Shown: in pieces, positions 53,784 through 63,375 of the stretch
Layout of the letters: every line of letters starts with the position of its first letter
How positions within the stretch are numbered: the first letter of the stretch is position 1
DNA from: a virus
Lineage: Duplodnaviria > Caudoviricetes
Strand: one strand, 5' to 3'
IMG/VR virus record: IMGVR_UViG_3300037439_000266
Location: 269 to 64,268 of that record
DNA length: 64,000 bases
Translations under genes and position numbers: made by a program
The notes under the pieces: generated by a model
Databases searched by the model: none
What the model saw: the letters and a program-made list of their open reading frames with translations, nothing else
What the model was told of the DNA's origin: nothing

Positions 53784-55586
53784 CTACTTGAACTTCTTGA
53801 GCTGCAGGTTCAGCATCGCAACCCGCGCGCGAGCGCGACGGGCGGCGATCTGCCGAGCCTCGTTGCCGGGCGTAATGGCCTCCGAGGCGACCATGGTTCC
53901 GGCCGACAACTCCACAGTGCGCTCCGCCCCCGGCTCCACGGTCGGAGCCTGAGGCTCGGGAACCGGGACCGGTCGAGGGCAGACCTGGGAGGCGGCGACC
54001 AGGGAGACCTGGCGGCCGTCGCGGTAGCCCACGGCGACCCGAGGCACCTCGAAGCCAGGCTCCTCGCGGGCCAGTGCCAGGACCTCGCACAGTTCGCGCG
54101 TGGCCCCGAGGTCCCGCCAGTCGCCCGAGACGCGGCGGCGAGCCAGAACGGCCCGCTCCGCCTCGCCGAGGCCGGGGGCCTCGACGCCCGAGAACCAGAT
54201 CGCACCGGGGATTCGTTCGGTGTCGATGCCGACCCGGACCCAGGCAAGGGTTTTCAGGCCGTCGTGGTGCTTCACGGCATCCAGGAATTCGAAGTCCACG
54301 CAGGCGTGGTCGTCGAGGCCCTTGCAACCGAGGTGCGAACAGCTGTTGCCGACCTGGCCGAGGCCCGAGGTGATTCGGCCGACCGTGATCGCCCCCTCGG
54401 CGGTGTCGAACGGGTAGCGGTGGAACAGGCCGTAGTCGGTCTGCGACTCCGGCGGGGTCATGCACTGGTCCCGGAACCCCCGGTGGCAGCTGTTGGGGTC
54501 GGTCAGGTGACCGAACACCCGAACGGTGCCGTCCGGCTGAACCTCCCGCACCAGGGCGGTCAGCTGATCCAGCTTGGGGTCCATGAACAGCCCCACTGGA
54601 GGAAGTGCAGCTCGAAGCCGGTCGGCGGCCACGGCGCTTTTCCGGGCAGCCTCGGCGGTGGCCTCGACGTCGTTTTGGCCGAACGGGCAGGTGGGCCAGT
54701 CCTCGAACTCGCGCCGGACCCGGTCGTAGAGCGCGCAGACCCGAGACTCGACCTTCGCCCGGTCCGAATCGGGAATCGAGGCGGCACTCACCCCCCGGCC
54801 TCCGGCGGTCGCGGCGACCCCGGCGGGGATGATCTCCAGGCCGCCGTTCAGGACATCCGCGAACGGCAGCTTGTACGAGCCCCGGTCCTGGGGGTCCCCC
54901 TCGGAGTCGCGCCACAGGAAGGCCCGAGCCACCCCGCTGACGTCGACGTTGCCCGCATCGTCGGTGAACAGGTCGAACACCCGGCTGGCTGCGGCGTCGC
55001 CATCCCAACTCCGGTCGCGTCCGGCAACGGGCAGGTCGGTGGAGCCGATGACGGCGGCAACCAGCGTGGCAGCCTCGGCGTCCTCGTCCAGTTCGAGCTC
55101 GAAGGTGACCCCCGAGAAGGCGGGGGTCGCGACCAGGGTCGCGCCTGCGATCTCGTAGTGAGTGAACAGCAGCTCCACATCCGGGAACTCGCCCGCCTCC
55201 TCGTCCAGGGCGGCCTCGAACATCTCCCAGGTGAGGGGCTCGTCCGTTCCCGCGAGGACCTCTACGGCCTGAACAGCGCCAGGATCGACACTCGGCCCCA
55301 CGACGCCCTGCCGGATCAGCTCCATGACGTGCTGGACGTCGGCCCGCAGCGACTCGGACTCGGCGTCGTCGAACATGACCCCGGAGCCGTCGACCCACTC
55401 GTCGCTGATCTCCAGCTCCTGGATGGAGCCCACGGTGACCGAGGTCAGGTGGCCCTCCGAGGACTGGCGCTGCCAGTTGATCGGCTGGGGCAGAGCCCGA
55501 TTGGAGACGCCCCCGGCCTTGAAGCGGCGACCATCCCCGGTGGGCTGGTTGACCAGGGCCAGCCGCCCTTTCCACTTAGTTGCCAT
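53784..55586 (-). CDS. Capsid maturation protease/scaffold
   Basis: TGDGR.F, GPSVD, GATLV..PAF; position. Confidence 0.8.
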   Translation of the reverse strand: MATKWKGRLALVNQPTGDGRRFKAGGVSNRALPQPINWQRQSSEGHLTSVTVGSIQELEISDEWVDGSGVMFDDAESESLRADVQHVMELIRQGVVGPSVDPGAVQAVEVLAGTDEPLTWEMFEAALDEEAGEFPDVELLFTHYEIAGATLVATPAFSGVTFELELDEDAEAATLVAAVIGSTDLPVAGRDRSWDGDAAASRVFDLFTDDAGNVDVSGVARAFLWRDSEGDPQDRGSYKLPFADVLNGGLEIIPAGVAATAGGRGVSAASIPDSDRAKVESRVCALYDRVRREFEDWPTCPFGQNDVEATAEAARKSAVAADRLRAALPPVGLFMDPKLDQLTALVREVQPDGTVRVFGHLTDPNSCHRGFRDQCMTPPESQTDYGLFHRYPFDTAEGAITVGRITSGLGQVGNSCSHLGCKGLDDHACVDFEFLDAVKHHDGLKTLAWVRVGIDTERIPGAIWFSGVEAPGLGEAERAVLARRRVSGDWRDLGATRELCEVLALAREEPGFEVPRVAVGYRDGRQVSLVAASQVCPRPVPVPEPQAPTVEPGAERTVELSAGTMVASEAITPGNEARQIAARRARARVAMLNLQLKKFK

Positions 55587-55615
55587 AGGGCACCTCCATT
55601 TCGAATTCTATCTCG

Positions 55616-55855
55616 CTAAGGGGACTCGTCGGGGTCGGGAAGGGGCTCGGGTGCCCCCTCCACCGGAATCCGGATGTGGTGAATGATGTCGTCGTCGTTG
55701 CTTCGCACCAGCACGCCGTTGGGGTCCAGCTTCACGCACTGGGCGGTTACCTCGCTGGCGGTGAGCTGCACAGCGATGGTCAGCTTGGGGTTGAGACCCA
55801 AGGAGTTCAGAATCGCCGCCAAGGTGGCAGGCGTGATCGAGGCCGGGATCGCCAT
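55616..55855 (-). CDS. 79-aa head-module protein, ends PDPDESP
   Basis: RBS gaggag. Confidence 0.65.
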   Translation of the reverse strand: MAIPASITPATLAAILNSLGLNPKLTIAVQLTASEVTAQCVKLDPNGVLVRSNDDDIIHHIRIPVEGAPEPLPDPDESP

Positions 55856-55857
55856 TG

Positions 55858-56112
55858 TTACTCCTCGGTCTTGTTCATGTGGATGGCGACGGCGGCGTTG
55901 GCCGCCCACATGGCCTTCTGAATCGTGGTGAGGGCGATGGACTTCTCGCGGCTGGCAGGCAGCCAGGCGTTCATCAGCTGTGCGGTGTAGTTGAACTGGT
56001 CCCGGATGCGTTCGTGCAGCTGCCCTACCTCGGGGGACTTCGGCGGGTGGTAGGCGAACAGCTCGCCGAGGTCCTTGTCGTAGTCGATCGGTTCGAATTC
56101 GGGCTTCTTCAT
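55858..56112 (-). CDS. Acb2/Tad1-like helical hairpin protein, 84 aa
   Basis: F.YHPP...HERIR...P.SREKSIALT.IQ.AMW.ANAA. Confidence 0.7.
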   Translation of the reverse strand: MKKPEFEPIDYDKDLGELFAYHPPKSPEVGQLHERIRDQFNYTAQLMNAWLPASREKSIALTTIQKAMWAANAAVAIHMNKTEE

Positions 56113-56128
56113 TTCCTGCCTCTTTCTG

Positions 56129-56977
56129 TTAGAGAATTCCCCGGAACCCTCGGTTGCTGAAATTGACTTCCCGGCCCTCTTCGACCAGAATTGTGGTGCA
56201 CCGGCACTGAATGGTCTCGTCCGCCGGGCCCAGGGGGTCCCCCGGGAACCGCAGCTCGGAGCTTCCCACTTGGAACCTTGCACCGACTGCGATTCGTTGG
56301 CCGTCCGCCGCCCGGTGGGTGGGGCGCGTTCGCAGGTCGTCCGTGGCGAGCCACTGCTGCTCGAACCTGAGCTCCGGCACCTCAGTGGCAATTGCCTGGA
56401 AGCTGTCGGTGCGGCCCGCGTTGAGGGCCCCGATGGTCTCGGTTCGAGCGACCACGGTGGCCCGGTTGCGCCACAGCGGGTTGTTCTGGTCCAGCAGCTC
56501 CGAGAGTGCCTCGGCGGTCTGGGGGATTGACCAGCCCTCCTGGGTGCCTTGGGCCACGCGGGCGGCAACCCTCGTGTAGACCTCGTTGTCGACGTCGCGC
56601 ATCCGGCTCTCGACCTGCGCCAGGTAGGCCACCACGGCGGGGCGCGAGTCGAATTGGACGTCCGGGCCGAAGATCGCTTGGAAAACGCTCTCGATCACGT
56701 CCCGAATCGCCGTCGCCACGAAGTCGGCCATGGCGCGGTGCCAACTGCCCTCGACGCTGAACACGCTCTGGGGGTCGGGAACTTGCGAAGCAAGCACTGC
56801 CCGCAGGACCTCGACCAGGAACGTCGACAGGTACGACCAGAAGCTCTCGTAGACCCGCTGCTCCGCCGCCGCAATTTGGGCCGAGGCGCGCAGCCGCGAG
56901 GGCAGCCACGGGTCGAACCCCTCGCCGCCCCAAACCGGCGGGGGGAAGTCCTCCTCGCCGTTGCCTCGGTCGCTCAC
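56129..56977 (-). CDS. MuF-like minor head protein
   Basis: RA..VARTE, W.AT.D.RTRPTH..ADGQ, FPGDP, I.CRC. Confidence 0.9.
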   Translation of the reverse strand: MSDRGNGEEDFPPPVWGGEGFDPWLPSRLRASAQIAAAEQRVYESFWSYLSTFLVEVLRAVLASQVPDPQSVFSVEGSWHRAMADFVATAIRDVIESVFQAIFGPDVQFDSRPAVVAYLAQVESRMRDVDNEVYTRVAARVAQGTQEGWSIPQTAEALSELLDQNNPLWRNRATVVARTETIGALNAGRTDSFQAIATEVPELRFEQQWLATDDLRTRPTHRAADGQRIAVGARFQVGSSELRFPGDPLGPADETIQCRCTTILVEEGREVNFSNRGFRGIL

Positions 56978-59160
56978 GGCAGCTCCCGCGCCGGAGGCTG
57001 AGCCCCCGCCAAGGCCCGCGCCAGCACCTGCTCCAGAAGGTCGGAGTGGTGCGCAACGCCCCGCATGATGAGTTCGACGCAGTACTGGTGCAGGAGCGTT
57101 TCGAGCCCTGCGACGTCTCGAACGCCGAGACTCCGCACGACCGGGGCCAGGTGCGTCCAGGAGCCCTTCAGGGCCCACTCGGCGCGGTCCCGGGTGACCC
57201 CCTCGGCCCAGGTGTGCAGTTCGTGGCGGGCGGCGTCGCGGGGCCGGTTCGGAACGAGTCGGCCCCCAGCCAGCTCCAGCGCCCGCAGCACTGCCAGGTT
57301 GCAGCAGGCAACGAGTCCGGAGGGAATGGTCTGCCCATCGTCGTCCTCCCGCGCGGGCCTCTCGGGCAGCTCCCGCTCGGGGTCGGGAACCTCCCGTCCC
57401 TCTTCGACGTTCTCGGTGTTGCCCGATGGCGGTGGCGGTTTGCGCCCCTCGTCCGTGGGCCGCCCCCGGTCGTCGGTGTCGATCGACGGGTTGAGCAGGT
57501 ACGCGATCTCGGGGTTCAGGCCCAGAATCCGCCGCACGTCCGGGTCCATCATCATGGTGGACGGAGCAACGCGGATGGCGTCCTCGACCATTCGGCGCAG
57601 GCGCTCGTCCGCCGCCGGGGCGAGGGCGTCATCGAAGTCGGTGATCTCCCGCAGCGCGGCGTCGCTGATGATGCGCCTCTCGTGCAGCTCAAGCGCCGTA
57701 GTGGTCTTGTCCCCCCGAACCTGCAGGCTCGAAGTGTTGAACTTGTAGGCGAACCGCTTGGGGTCCCGCCCGATCCTCCGGAGAACCGGCATCAGCCACG
57801 GCCGAGTGAGGCCGTCCGCAATCAGGCCCAGCAGCGGCTCGATGTGGGTGCTGATGGTGTTCTCGTCCAGCAGCCAGGCCGACCAGTGGTTGGTCTGCCC
57901 CATCCCCTGCATCATCTCGACCGGGGCGTCGAGGCTCATGGCCGTCATCTTCAGCGCGGAGTCCTTCATCGGAAGGATCGCCTCGGACAGCTCGGTCCAG
58001 AACGTGATGTGCCGGATCTCTTTGAGGGCCTCGGCCGGACCCTGAATCCCAATGGGAACCATGGCGGCGGCCGAGCTTCGGTCCTGGAGGGACTCGCTCA
58101 TGGCGTTGCCGAGGTCCGCCAGGAAGCCGTCGAGGCCGCTCTCGCTCTCGGTGTCGTCGTCGGCGTCCCCCCGGGGGAAGTCCATGTTGTCCGGAACGGC
58201 GAAGATTCCCGCGCCCGCAAGCCTTGAGTCCAGCTCGGCGAACTCGCGCTTCCGGAGGGCCTCCAGTTCGCGCAGATCGGGAATTGCGGACCTCACCGGG
58301 CTGTCGGGCTCGTCGATGTCGACCGGGTGCGGCACCCAGATCCGCATCAGGATGTCCTTCTCATCGACCGGGGTGAAGTAGCCCCCGCCCATGAGGGTGG
58401 GCCGCCGGATGATGACCTGGTCACCCTGGAGGGTCAGTTGCTCGGCGCTGACCACGTACCAGCGGTCGGCGTCGTCGCCGTCCGGGCCGACCAAGGTGGG
58501 GGGGCGGTCGTTGCCGTTCTCGTCAACGTTCTGGAACCCGCCGACACTCTGTCCGCCGCCCGGCAACGGCTCGTTCAGAGTCTGGTCGAAGCCCTCCGCA
58601 ATGACGTAAGCCTCACCCGCCACCTGCAGGTTGATACACATGAGCCGAATCGCCTCGGCCCGGGACTCGCCCGAGCCCAGCGGCCCCTTCGCCAGCTCGG
58701 CGACTTCGAGGTCCTGGGTCTCGACGTGGATGTCGCCGGAGTCGTCGACCTCCCCCACGAACAGCTTGGCCTTGGAGGCCGTTTTGGCGATGCTGTTGAC
58801 CACGAACCGCAAGGGCCCGGTGATGTCGTAGAGTCGCCACGCCTCCCGCTGCCACTCGCGGCTGTTGATCGGCCAGTTCCTCCACGAGGCCCCGCCGAAC
58901 TGAATCCTGGCCACGGCGGCTACGGTTCCGCGCGTTCGCGCGTTCGCTCCGCCCCGGTTGCTGGCCTCGCCGAGGTTCGCCCGCTCGACTTCGGGCCGCT
59001 GGGGGGTGTGGGCCTTGCAGTAGCCGCCGTGCGTGGGAACTCCCCAGAGGCGGCACGGCTGGCCGGACTTCGTTTTGCCCAGGCACTGACGGCCCTCGGT
59101 GGGCGACGGGAACGCGGGGGCAACGGTCGGCTGGCGGCGATTGAGACGGAGTCGGCTCAT
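56974..59160 (-). CDS. Portal protein
   Basis: Position between terminase and MuF; WQREAW..YD...LRF motif. Confidence 0.8.
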   Translation of the reverse strand: MSRLRLNRRQPTVAPAFPSPTEGRQCLGKTKSGQPCRLWGVPTHGGYCKAHTPQRPEVERANLGEASNRGGANARTRGTVAAVARIQFGGASWRNWPINSREWQREAWRLYDITGPLRFVVNSIAKTASKAKLFVGEVDDSGDIHVETQDLEVAELAKGPLGSGESRAEAIRLMCINLQVAGEAYVIAEGFDQTLNEPLPGGGQSVGGFQNVDENGNDRPPTLVGPDGDDADRWYVVSAEQLTLQGDQVIIRRPTLMGGGYFTPVDEKDILMRIWVPHPVDIDEPDSPVRSAIPDLRELEALRKREFAELDSRLAGAGIFAVPDNMDFPRGDADDDTESESGLDGFLADLGNAMSESLQDRSSAAAMVPIGIQGPAEALKEIRHITFWTELSEAILPMKDSALKMTAMSLDAPVEMMQGMGQTNHWSAWLLDENTISTHIEPLLGLIADGLTRPWLMPVLRRIGRDPKRFAYKFNTSSLQVRGDKTTTALELHERRIISDAALREITDFDDALAPAADERLRRMVEDAIRVAPSTMMMDPDVRRILGLNPEIAYLLNPSIDTDDRGRPTDEGRKPPPPSGNTENVEEGREVPDPERELPERPAREDDDGQTIPSGLVACCNLAVLRALELAGGRLVPNRPRDAARHELHTWAEGVTRDRAEWALKGSWTHLAPVVRSLGVRDVAGLETLLHQYCVELIMRGVAHHSDLLEQVLARALAGAQPPARELP

Positions 59161-59179
59161 GCCCGACCTCCCTTATTCC

Positions 59180-59533
59180 CTAATCATTTTCGGTTGAGCG
59201 CGGGCGGTTTCTCAAATAGAATCTTAGATCCCCAAGCATACCAGCCACCTGACTCAGGGCCATGATTGAAAGCGCTGCCCACAGCACTGGCGACTCCAGC
59301 CAGAGCCACCCGGCCGCCACCATTGCCGCCGCCCACCACACCGAGGCGCACCAGCCGCACTCCAGAAGGTAGGCCACCTTGAGGTCGAACGCTCGATCTG
59401 GGTCAAGCCGCCGTAGGACGGCCCGCCGCGCGCCCGCGAAAATCTCGTCCACGGTTACCAGTCGCGTGAGGCGGGCGTTAGCCAGCCCCGCCACAACTGC
59501 AGCCAGAACTGCCCAGCCCAGTTCCACGGTCAC
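59180..59533 (-). CDS. DUF1360-like membrane protein
   Basis: RLTRLV..D.I; LL.C.WC.SVW. Confidence 0.75.
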   Translation of the reverse strand: MTVELGWAVLAAVVAGLANARLTRLVTVDEIFAGARRAVLRRLDPDRAFDLKVAYLLECGWCASVWWAAAMVAAGWLWLESPVLWAALSIMALSQVAGMLGDLRFYLRNRPRSTEND

Positions 59534-61350
59534 AGCCCGCCCTTCGTTCGCCCGGCCGTGCGACCCTCGCCCAGGGGGCTCAAGCTGGTGGCGGCCGTCT
59601 TTCCTCGGCCCTGCCCTCGGCCCTGCGCCACCCGAGCCCGGTTCTTCACGCTCTGCGCCACGGGGCCCATGGTGGTGGTGCCCTGGATCGGGGCACCCTG
59701 GGAGCCCGCCTTGGCGACTGCGACCGGCCGCCGGGCGGCCCCTGCCCAGTAGGCCATTGCCACGGCGTCCCCGAAGTCGGGGCTGCGCCCGAGCTTGAGC
59801 TTGACGTCCGCCTTGGGCTCGACCTTGATCAGAGGGGGCTTGCCGGTTTGGTTGATGCTCCAAGTGGGGGCGGTCAGGTCGGCCACCAGCTCCTCATCCG
59901 GGGGGAGCATTGCGCCCGTTTCGTTCTGGGGGTCGAGGGCCTCCCGAACCATCCACCACGCCGCCGACCTACTGTTGGTAAAGCCGTACTCCCGGGTGAG
60001 GTTCGTCAGTTTGGTGCTGGCCGCACCGACGAAGGCGATGGGGCGATGGACCACCTTTTTCTCCTCCCACAGCTGCTTCAATCGACTGGTCACGCCCTGC
60101 CCGATGCCCAAGGTGTCGATCACGTAGCGGTAGTCCCGGACGCGGCTGATTTCGCGGGCGATCTTCATCAAGTCGGTGTCCCGGGGGTACTCAAGCCGGG
60201 TGATGTGCCAGCCGGTTCGCCTGGCCATCACGGTGTGGTCGGCCCCGCCTCCGGCGACGTCCACGCCCAGCCACTTCGCCCCCTCCAGGGCTGGCCTTCC
60301 CGCTGCCTTCCAGTCCTGCCAGCGCGCCTGGGCCGCCTCGACCCAACTGAGGGGAATCAGGGCGTCGGGGTCGTCCAGGAAGAACTCGCCCAGGACGCGC
60401 ATCTGGTAAACCGAGCTTCCCTCGCCCCACTGCTTTTTTCGCTGATCGGCCCACTTCGCGCTCATTCGGCCCGCGTCCAGGACCTCCTGCTTGTCGACCT
60501 TGCGGACCGTCCAGTCCTCGTAGCCGGGCTTGCCGGTGGCAATCTGGTAGAACCGGCCCGTCGCTGGACCCGGGGTGCTCATTGCCACGGCGATGATGTT
60601 CTTGATTTGGGGCCTTGTGTCCTCGGCCCCCTCACCTTGGCTTTCTGGGTTCCCTTCTGCCCCCTCGCCGTCGTGGGCCTGGAAACCGTCCAGGTCCTCG
60701 GTGCTGAACGCGCCTTCGATGGCGTCCCAGGTGCCGGGCCCGATCGCCTTGGCCTCATCGAGAACGTACATCAGGTGGGTGGCGTGTGCCCCCTCCATCT
60801 TGGCGGGATCGGTGCTCGCGGCTGCGCTCGCGGCCCCCCAGGGCCACTTGAGGGCGAGGCCGAGGAGGTCCTGGCCGAGCTGGGGCTCGGGAATTCCCAG
60901 TCGCTCCCAGTTGACGAACTTGGCCCACTTGTGCACCTCGGGCCAGAGGAAGTCGTTCAGCTGCTTCCAGCTCGATGCGGTCGTGATGATCTTCCAGTCG
61001 ATTCCGGCGAGCTCCCTCGTGGTGGCGAACCACCAAACGAGGAGAGCCATGGTGGTCGACTTGCCGAGGCCGTGCGGCCCGAACATCAAGAGTCGGCCCT
61101 GTTGCGCCGCCTGCCTCATTGCGCCGCCCTGGTAGGGGGCGAGCCCCTGCTTGCGGACGCGGTAAGCCTTGGGAGGCTCTGGAAATTTTACGATGTCGGC
61201 CACCCAGGAGACGGGGTCGGCCATCCAGTCCCAGGCGCGCTGCTTGGCCGCCTGCCGGGCCTTCTCCTCCAGCCGGGCCTTCTTTTCCTGCAGCTCCATG
61301 AGGAGGTCGTTCTTGAGGCGGAGGTAGCCGCCCTGGCCGAGGTCCGTCAT
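59530..61350 (-). CDS. terL: Terminase large subunit
   Basis: GPHGLGKS, VLDEA, GVDVA, SPD.GDA. Confidence 0.95.
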   Translation of the reverse strand: MTDLGQGGYLRLKNDLLMELQEKKARLEEKARQAAKQRAWDWMADPVSWVADIVKFPEPPKAYRVRKQGLAPYQGGAMRQAAQQGRLLMFGPHGLGKSTTMALLVWWFATTRELAGIDWKIITTASSWKQLNDFLWPEVHKWAKFVNWERLGIPEPQLGQDLLGLALKWPWGAASAAASTDPAKMEGAHATHLMYVLDEAKAIGPGTWDAIEGAFSTEDLDGFQAHDGEGAEGNPESQGEGAEDTRPQIKNIIAVAMSTPGPATGRFYQIATGKPGYEDWTVRKVDKQEVLDAGRMSAKWADQRKKQWGEGSSVYQMRVLGEFFLDDPDALIPLSWVEAAQARWQDWKAAGRPALEGAKWLGVDVAGGGADHTVMARRTGWHITRLEYPRDTDLMKIAREISRVRDYRYVIDTLGIGQGVTSRLKQLWEEKKVVHRPIAFVGAASTKLTNLTREYGFTNSRSAAWWMVREALDPQNETGAMLPPDEELVADLTAPTWSINQTGKPPLIKVEPKADVKLKLGRSPDFGDAVAMAYWAGAARRPVAVAKAGSQGAPIQGTTTMGPVAQSVKNRARVAQGRGQGRGKTAATSLSPLGEGRTAGRTKGGL

Positions 61351-61361
61351 TGTCCCATCAC

Positions 61362-61859
61362 CTACCGATTCGCGTGTCGATGGCCGGGCTCAAGCTCAAG
61401 TTGGAGAGCGTTTTCGTCCTCGATGACCTCGCCATCGACCCAGGTGGGGCGGTCGGCGACCTCCAACTGGCGGTTGATTCGGCGGAGTTCGGCCTCGATT
61501 GCGCCGACGCTGATCACTTCGAGTTGGGCGGGGGCGTCCAACCCGAGCAACTTGCAACGTCGATCGACTGCGGCCATGCAAATTTTGAGGGAGTCGATGT
61601 GGCCCGCCTGCGCCTGGGGCCAGGCGGCAGCCTGCAATGCATCGAGGCGGTCCAATTCTTGCTGGCGGAGGACATCGGCCTCGGCGTCCCTCAGCCTGAT
61701 GGTTTGGACGAGGCGGTTGTTGATGATCTGGGAGATTGTTTGGGAGGTGAGATCGAACTGCTCGGCAATGTCGTGGATCGAGTGCCCAGCCTGGCGGGCC
61801 CGGATGATGCGCCGGTCACGAATCGCCCGCTCAACCTCGGAAGCCTTTAGTTTGGACAT
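61362..61859 (-). CDS. terS: Terminase small subunit (HTH), leaderless (TG-n-TAAACT at 61866-61871)
   Basis: R.AG.S...IA; EL.RLD.L; R..LLGLDAP. Confidence 0.8.
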   Translation of the reverse strand: MSKLKASEVERAIRDRRIIRARQAGHSIHDIAEQFDLTSQTISQIINNRLVQTIRLRDAEADVLRQQELDRLDALQAAAWPQAQAGHIDSLKICMAAVDRRCKLLGLDAPAQLEVISVGAIEAELRRINRQLEVADRPTWVDGEVIEDENALQLELEPGHRHANR

Positions 61860-62009
61860 GAGTCAAGTTTATCACGCATGGGGTGTCTCAGAGGCAAATA
61901 GTTTCCGTCCGAAACGACTCGTACCCAGAAAAACCAATACCGCCCAAACCAACCCTCCGCGAGAAAACGCTTCCCAGCGCGCAGTCACTCCCCGTGACGG
62001 CATTGTCAC

Positions 62010-62112
62010 CATACCCAGTATGGCATACCAGGTAAGTACGTACTAAGTATGGCATACTGGGTAGGTACTAGCATACTGGGTAGGTACTGGCATACTCAGT
62101 ATGCCATACCAC
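62010..62112. repeat. Nested direct/inverted repeats (GCATACTGGGTAGGTACT x2, AGTATGGCATAC x2); candidate packaging site
   Basis: AT-richer tract between terS and the early region. Confidence 0.6.
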
Positions 62113-62560
62113 CTACCCCACCCGCCTCGTCCGTCCCACGGGCCTCAGGAACCTCGTTCGTCTCGCGAACAACAACCGCCCCACCCACCTCACCCACCCC
62201 AGGAATGCCCCCCTACCCCACCTACCCCAGGTACCCCACCCATACCACCCACCTCACGCGTCGCTTTCGCACCACGGTGCCCATCCGTCACACCCGCCCC
62301 CCGGACCCCACCTGACCCAGGGGCACCCCCCGCCCCGGGGACCCCCCTCGCCCCAGGGACAACGTGTGACCCACGCAACTCACAAGCCTCGTCCGCCCCA
62401 CGCGAAACAGGGGTCTCAGGGGGCACGGAGACGGTTTTCCGACCCACCTGCCACTCCCATCCCACCAGCCTCACGCACCTCCCGAACCCCACCTGTCCCA
62501 GGCGTCGCCAGCCGCCCTGCCCATGTGACAAACCTCACATCGAGGAAACCGCTTACCAAT

Positions 62561-62589
62561 TTGTCGCCCGGTCACGGGGCGGGTAAGAT
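62561..62589 (+). promoter_or_regulatory. Promoter TTGTCG-17-TAAGAT
   Basis: Spacing; module duplicated at 63376. Confidence 0.75.
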
Positions 62590-62655
62590 TGGGGGGCGGG
62601 GGCCGGTCGGCCCCCGCCCCGGGGCCCCGGCCCCACGAACCTCAGGAGTCACACG

Positions 62656-62934
62656 ATGCACGCGGACCTCACCCCCCTCACCGGCCCCGCCCGCCCCACC
62701 GACACCACCCTCCTCGTGGCCATCGCCGCGACCCACGCGTACCACGTGTCCCAGGGATGGCACGCGACCTGGTCCGTCACGTCCGTCATCCGGAACCTCA
62801 TCGACACCATGAGCGACATCGACCTCAAGGACCTCACCGACCTCAACGCCCTCGCGATCCTCAAGGACCCCACCCGCGCCATGCGCCTCGCCCGTCACAT
62901 CGATGCCATGGCGGCCCAGACGGACCAGGAGTAA
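62656..62934 (+). CDS. Early protein, 92 aa; paralog of 63468..63725
   Basis: RBS caggag; W...WS....NLI.TM.DID...D..A motif. Confidence 0.8.
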   Translation: MHADLTPLTGPARPTDTTLLVAIAATHAYHVSQGWHATWSVTSVIRNLIDTMSDIDLKDLTDLNALAILKDPTRAMRLARHIDAMAAQTDQE

Positions 62935-63063
62935 CACCCGCCCCACCCGCCCCACCCGCCCCGGGAGCCTCGCGGCTCCCGGGGCTCTCGCATGCCCCAC
63001 CCACCTCACCAGCCCCACGTGCCCCTGTGACAAGCCTCACATTGAGGAAATCGCTTACCATAC

Positions 63064-63092
63064 TTGACAGGCGGTCACGCGGCTGGTAAACT
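63064..63092 (+). promoter_or_regulatory. Consensus promoter TTGACA-17-TAAACT
   Basis: Near-perfect SigA consensus. Confidence 0.85.
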
Positions 63093-63144
63093 TGTCGTAA
63101 GACACCTCACCGGGGCCCCGCCCCATGACCGCACGGAGATCACG

Positions 63145-63300
63145 ATGAGTAACGACACCGTCACTGCCCCCGGCACCCCCGCCACCCGCGCCGAGCGGGC
63201 CCAGGCGCGCGCCATGGCCGGGCCGGGCGCCACCCGCGAGGAGATCCGCACCGCGCTCGCGTGCGTCGTCGTCGCCCGGTGGTTGCGCGAGGCCGAGTAG
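63145..63300 (+). CDS. Early microprotein, 51 aa
   Basis: RBS ggag. Confidence 0.7.
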   Translation: MSNDTVTAPGTPATRAERAQARAMAGPGATREEIRTALACVVVARWLREAE

Positions 63301-63375
63301 CCGCCCGCCCCGGGGGGCCCTCGGGCCCCCCGCCAAAATGTGGCGAACGTCACCCCCCGGCAAACCTTTGCTGAT

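Noticed and set aside
51604-55619. 651-aa and 664-aa plus-strand ORFs
   Set aside because: Antisense shadows of the capsid and protease genes
59848-62046. 732-aa plus-strand ORF
   Set aside because: Antisense shadow of the terminase genes
62010-62112. Repeats as a mini CRISPR array
   Set aside because: No constant repeat with unique spacers; repeats overlap and invert
62398-62410. Fifth parS-like site (CACGCGAAACA)
   Set aside because: Only a degenerate half-site, not palindromic
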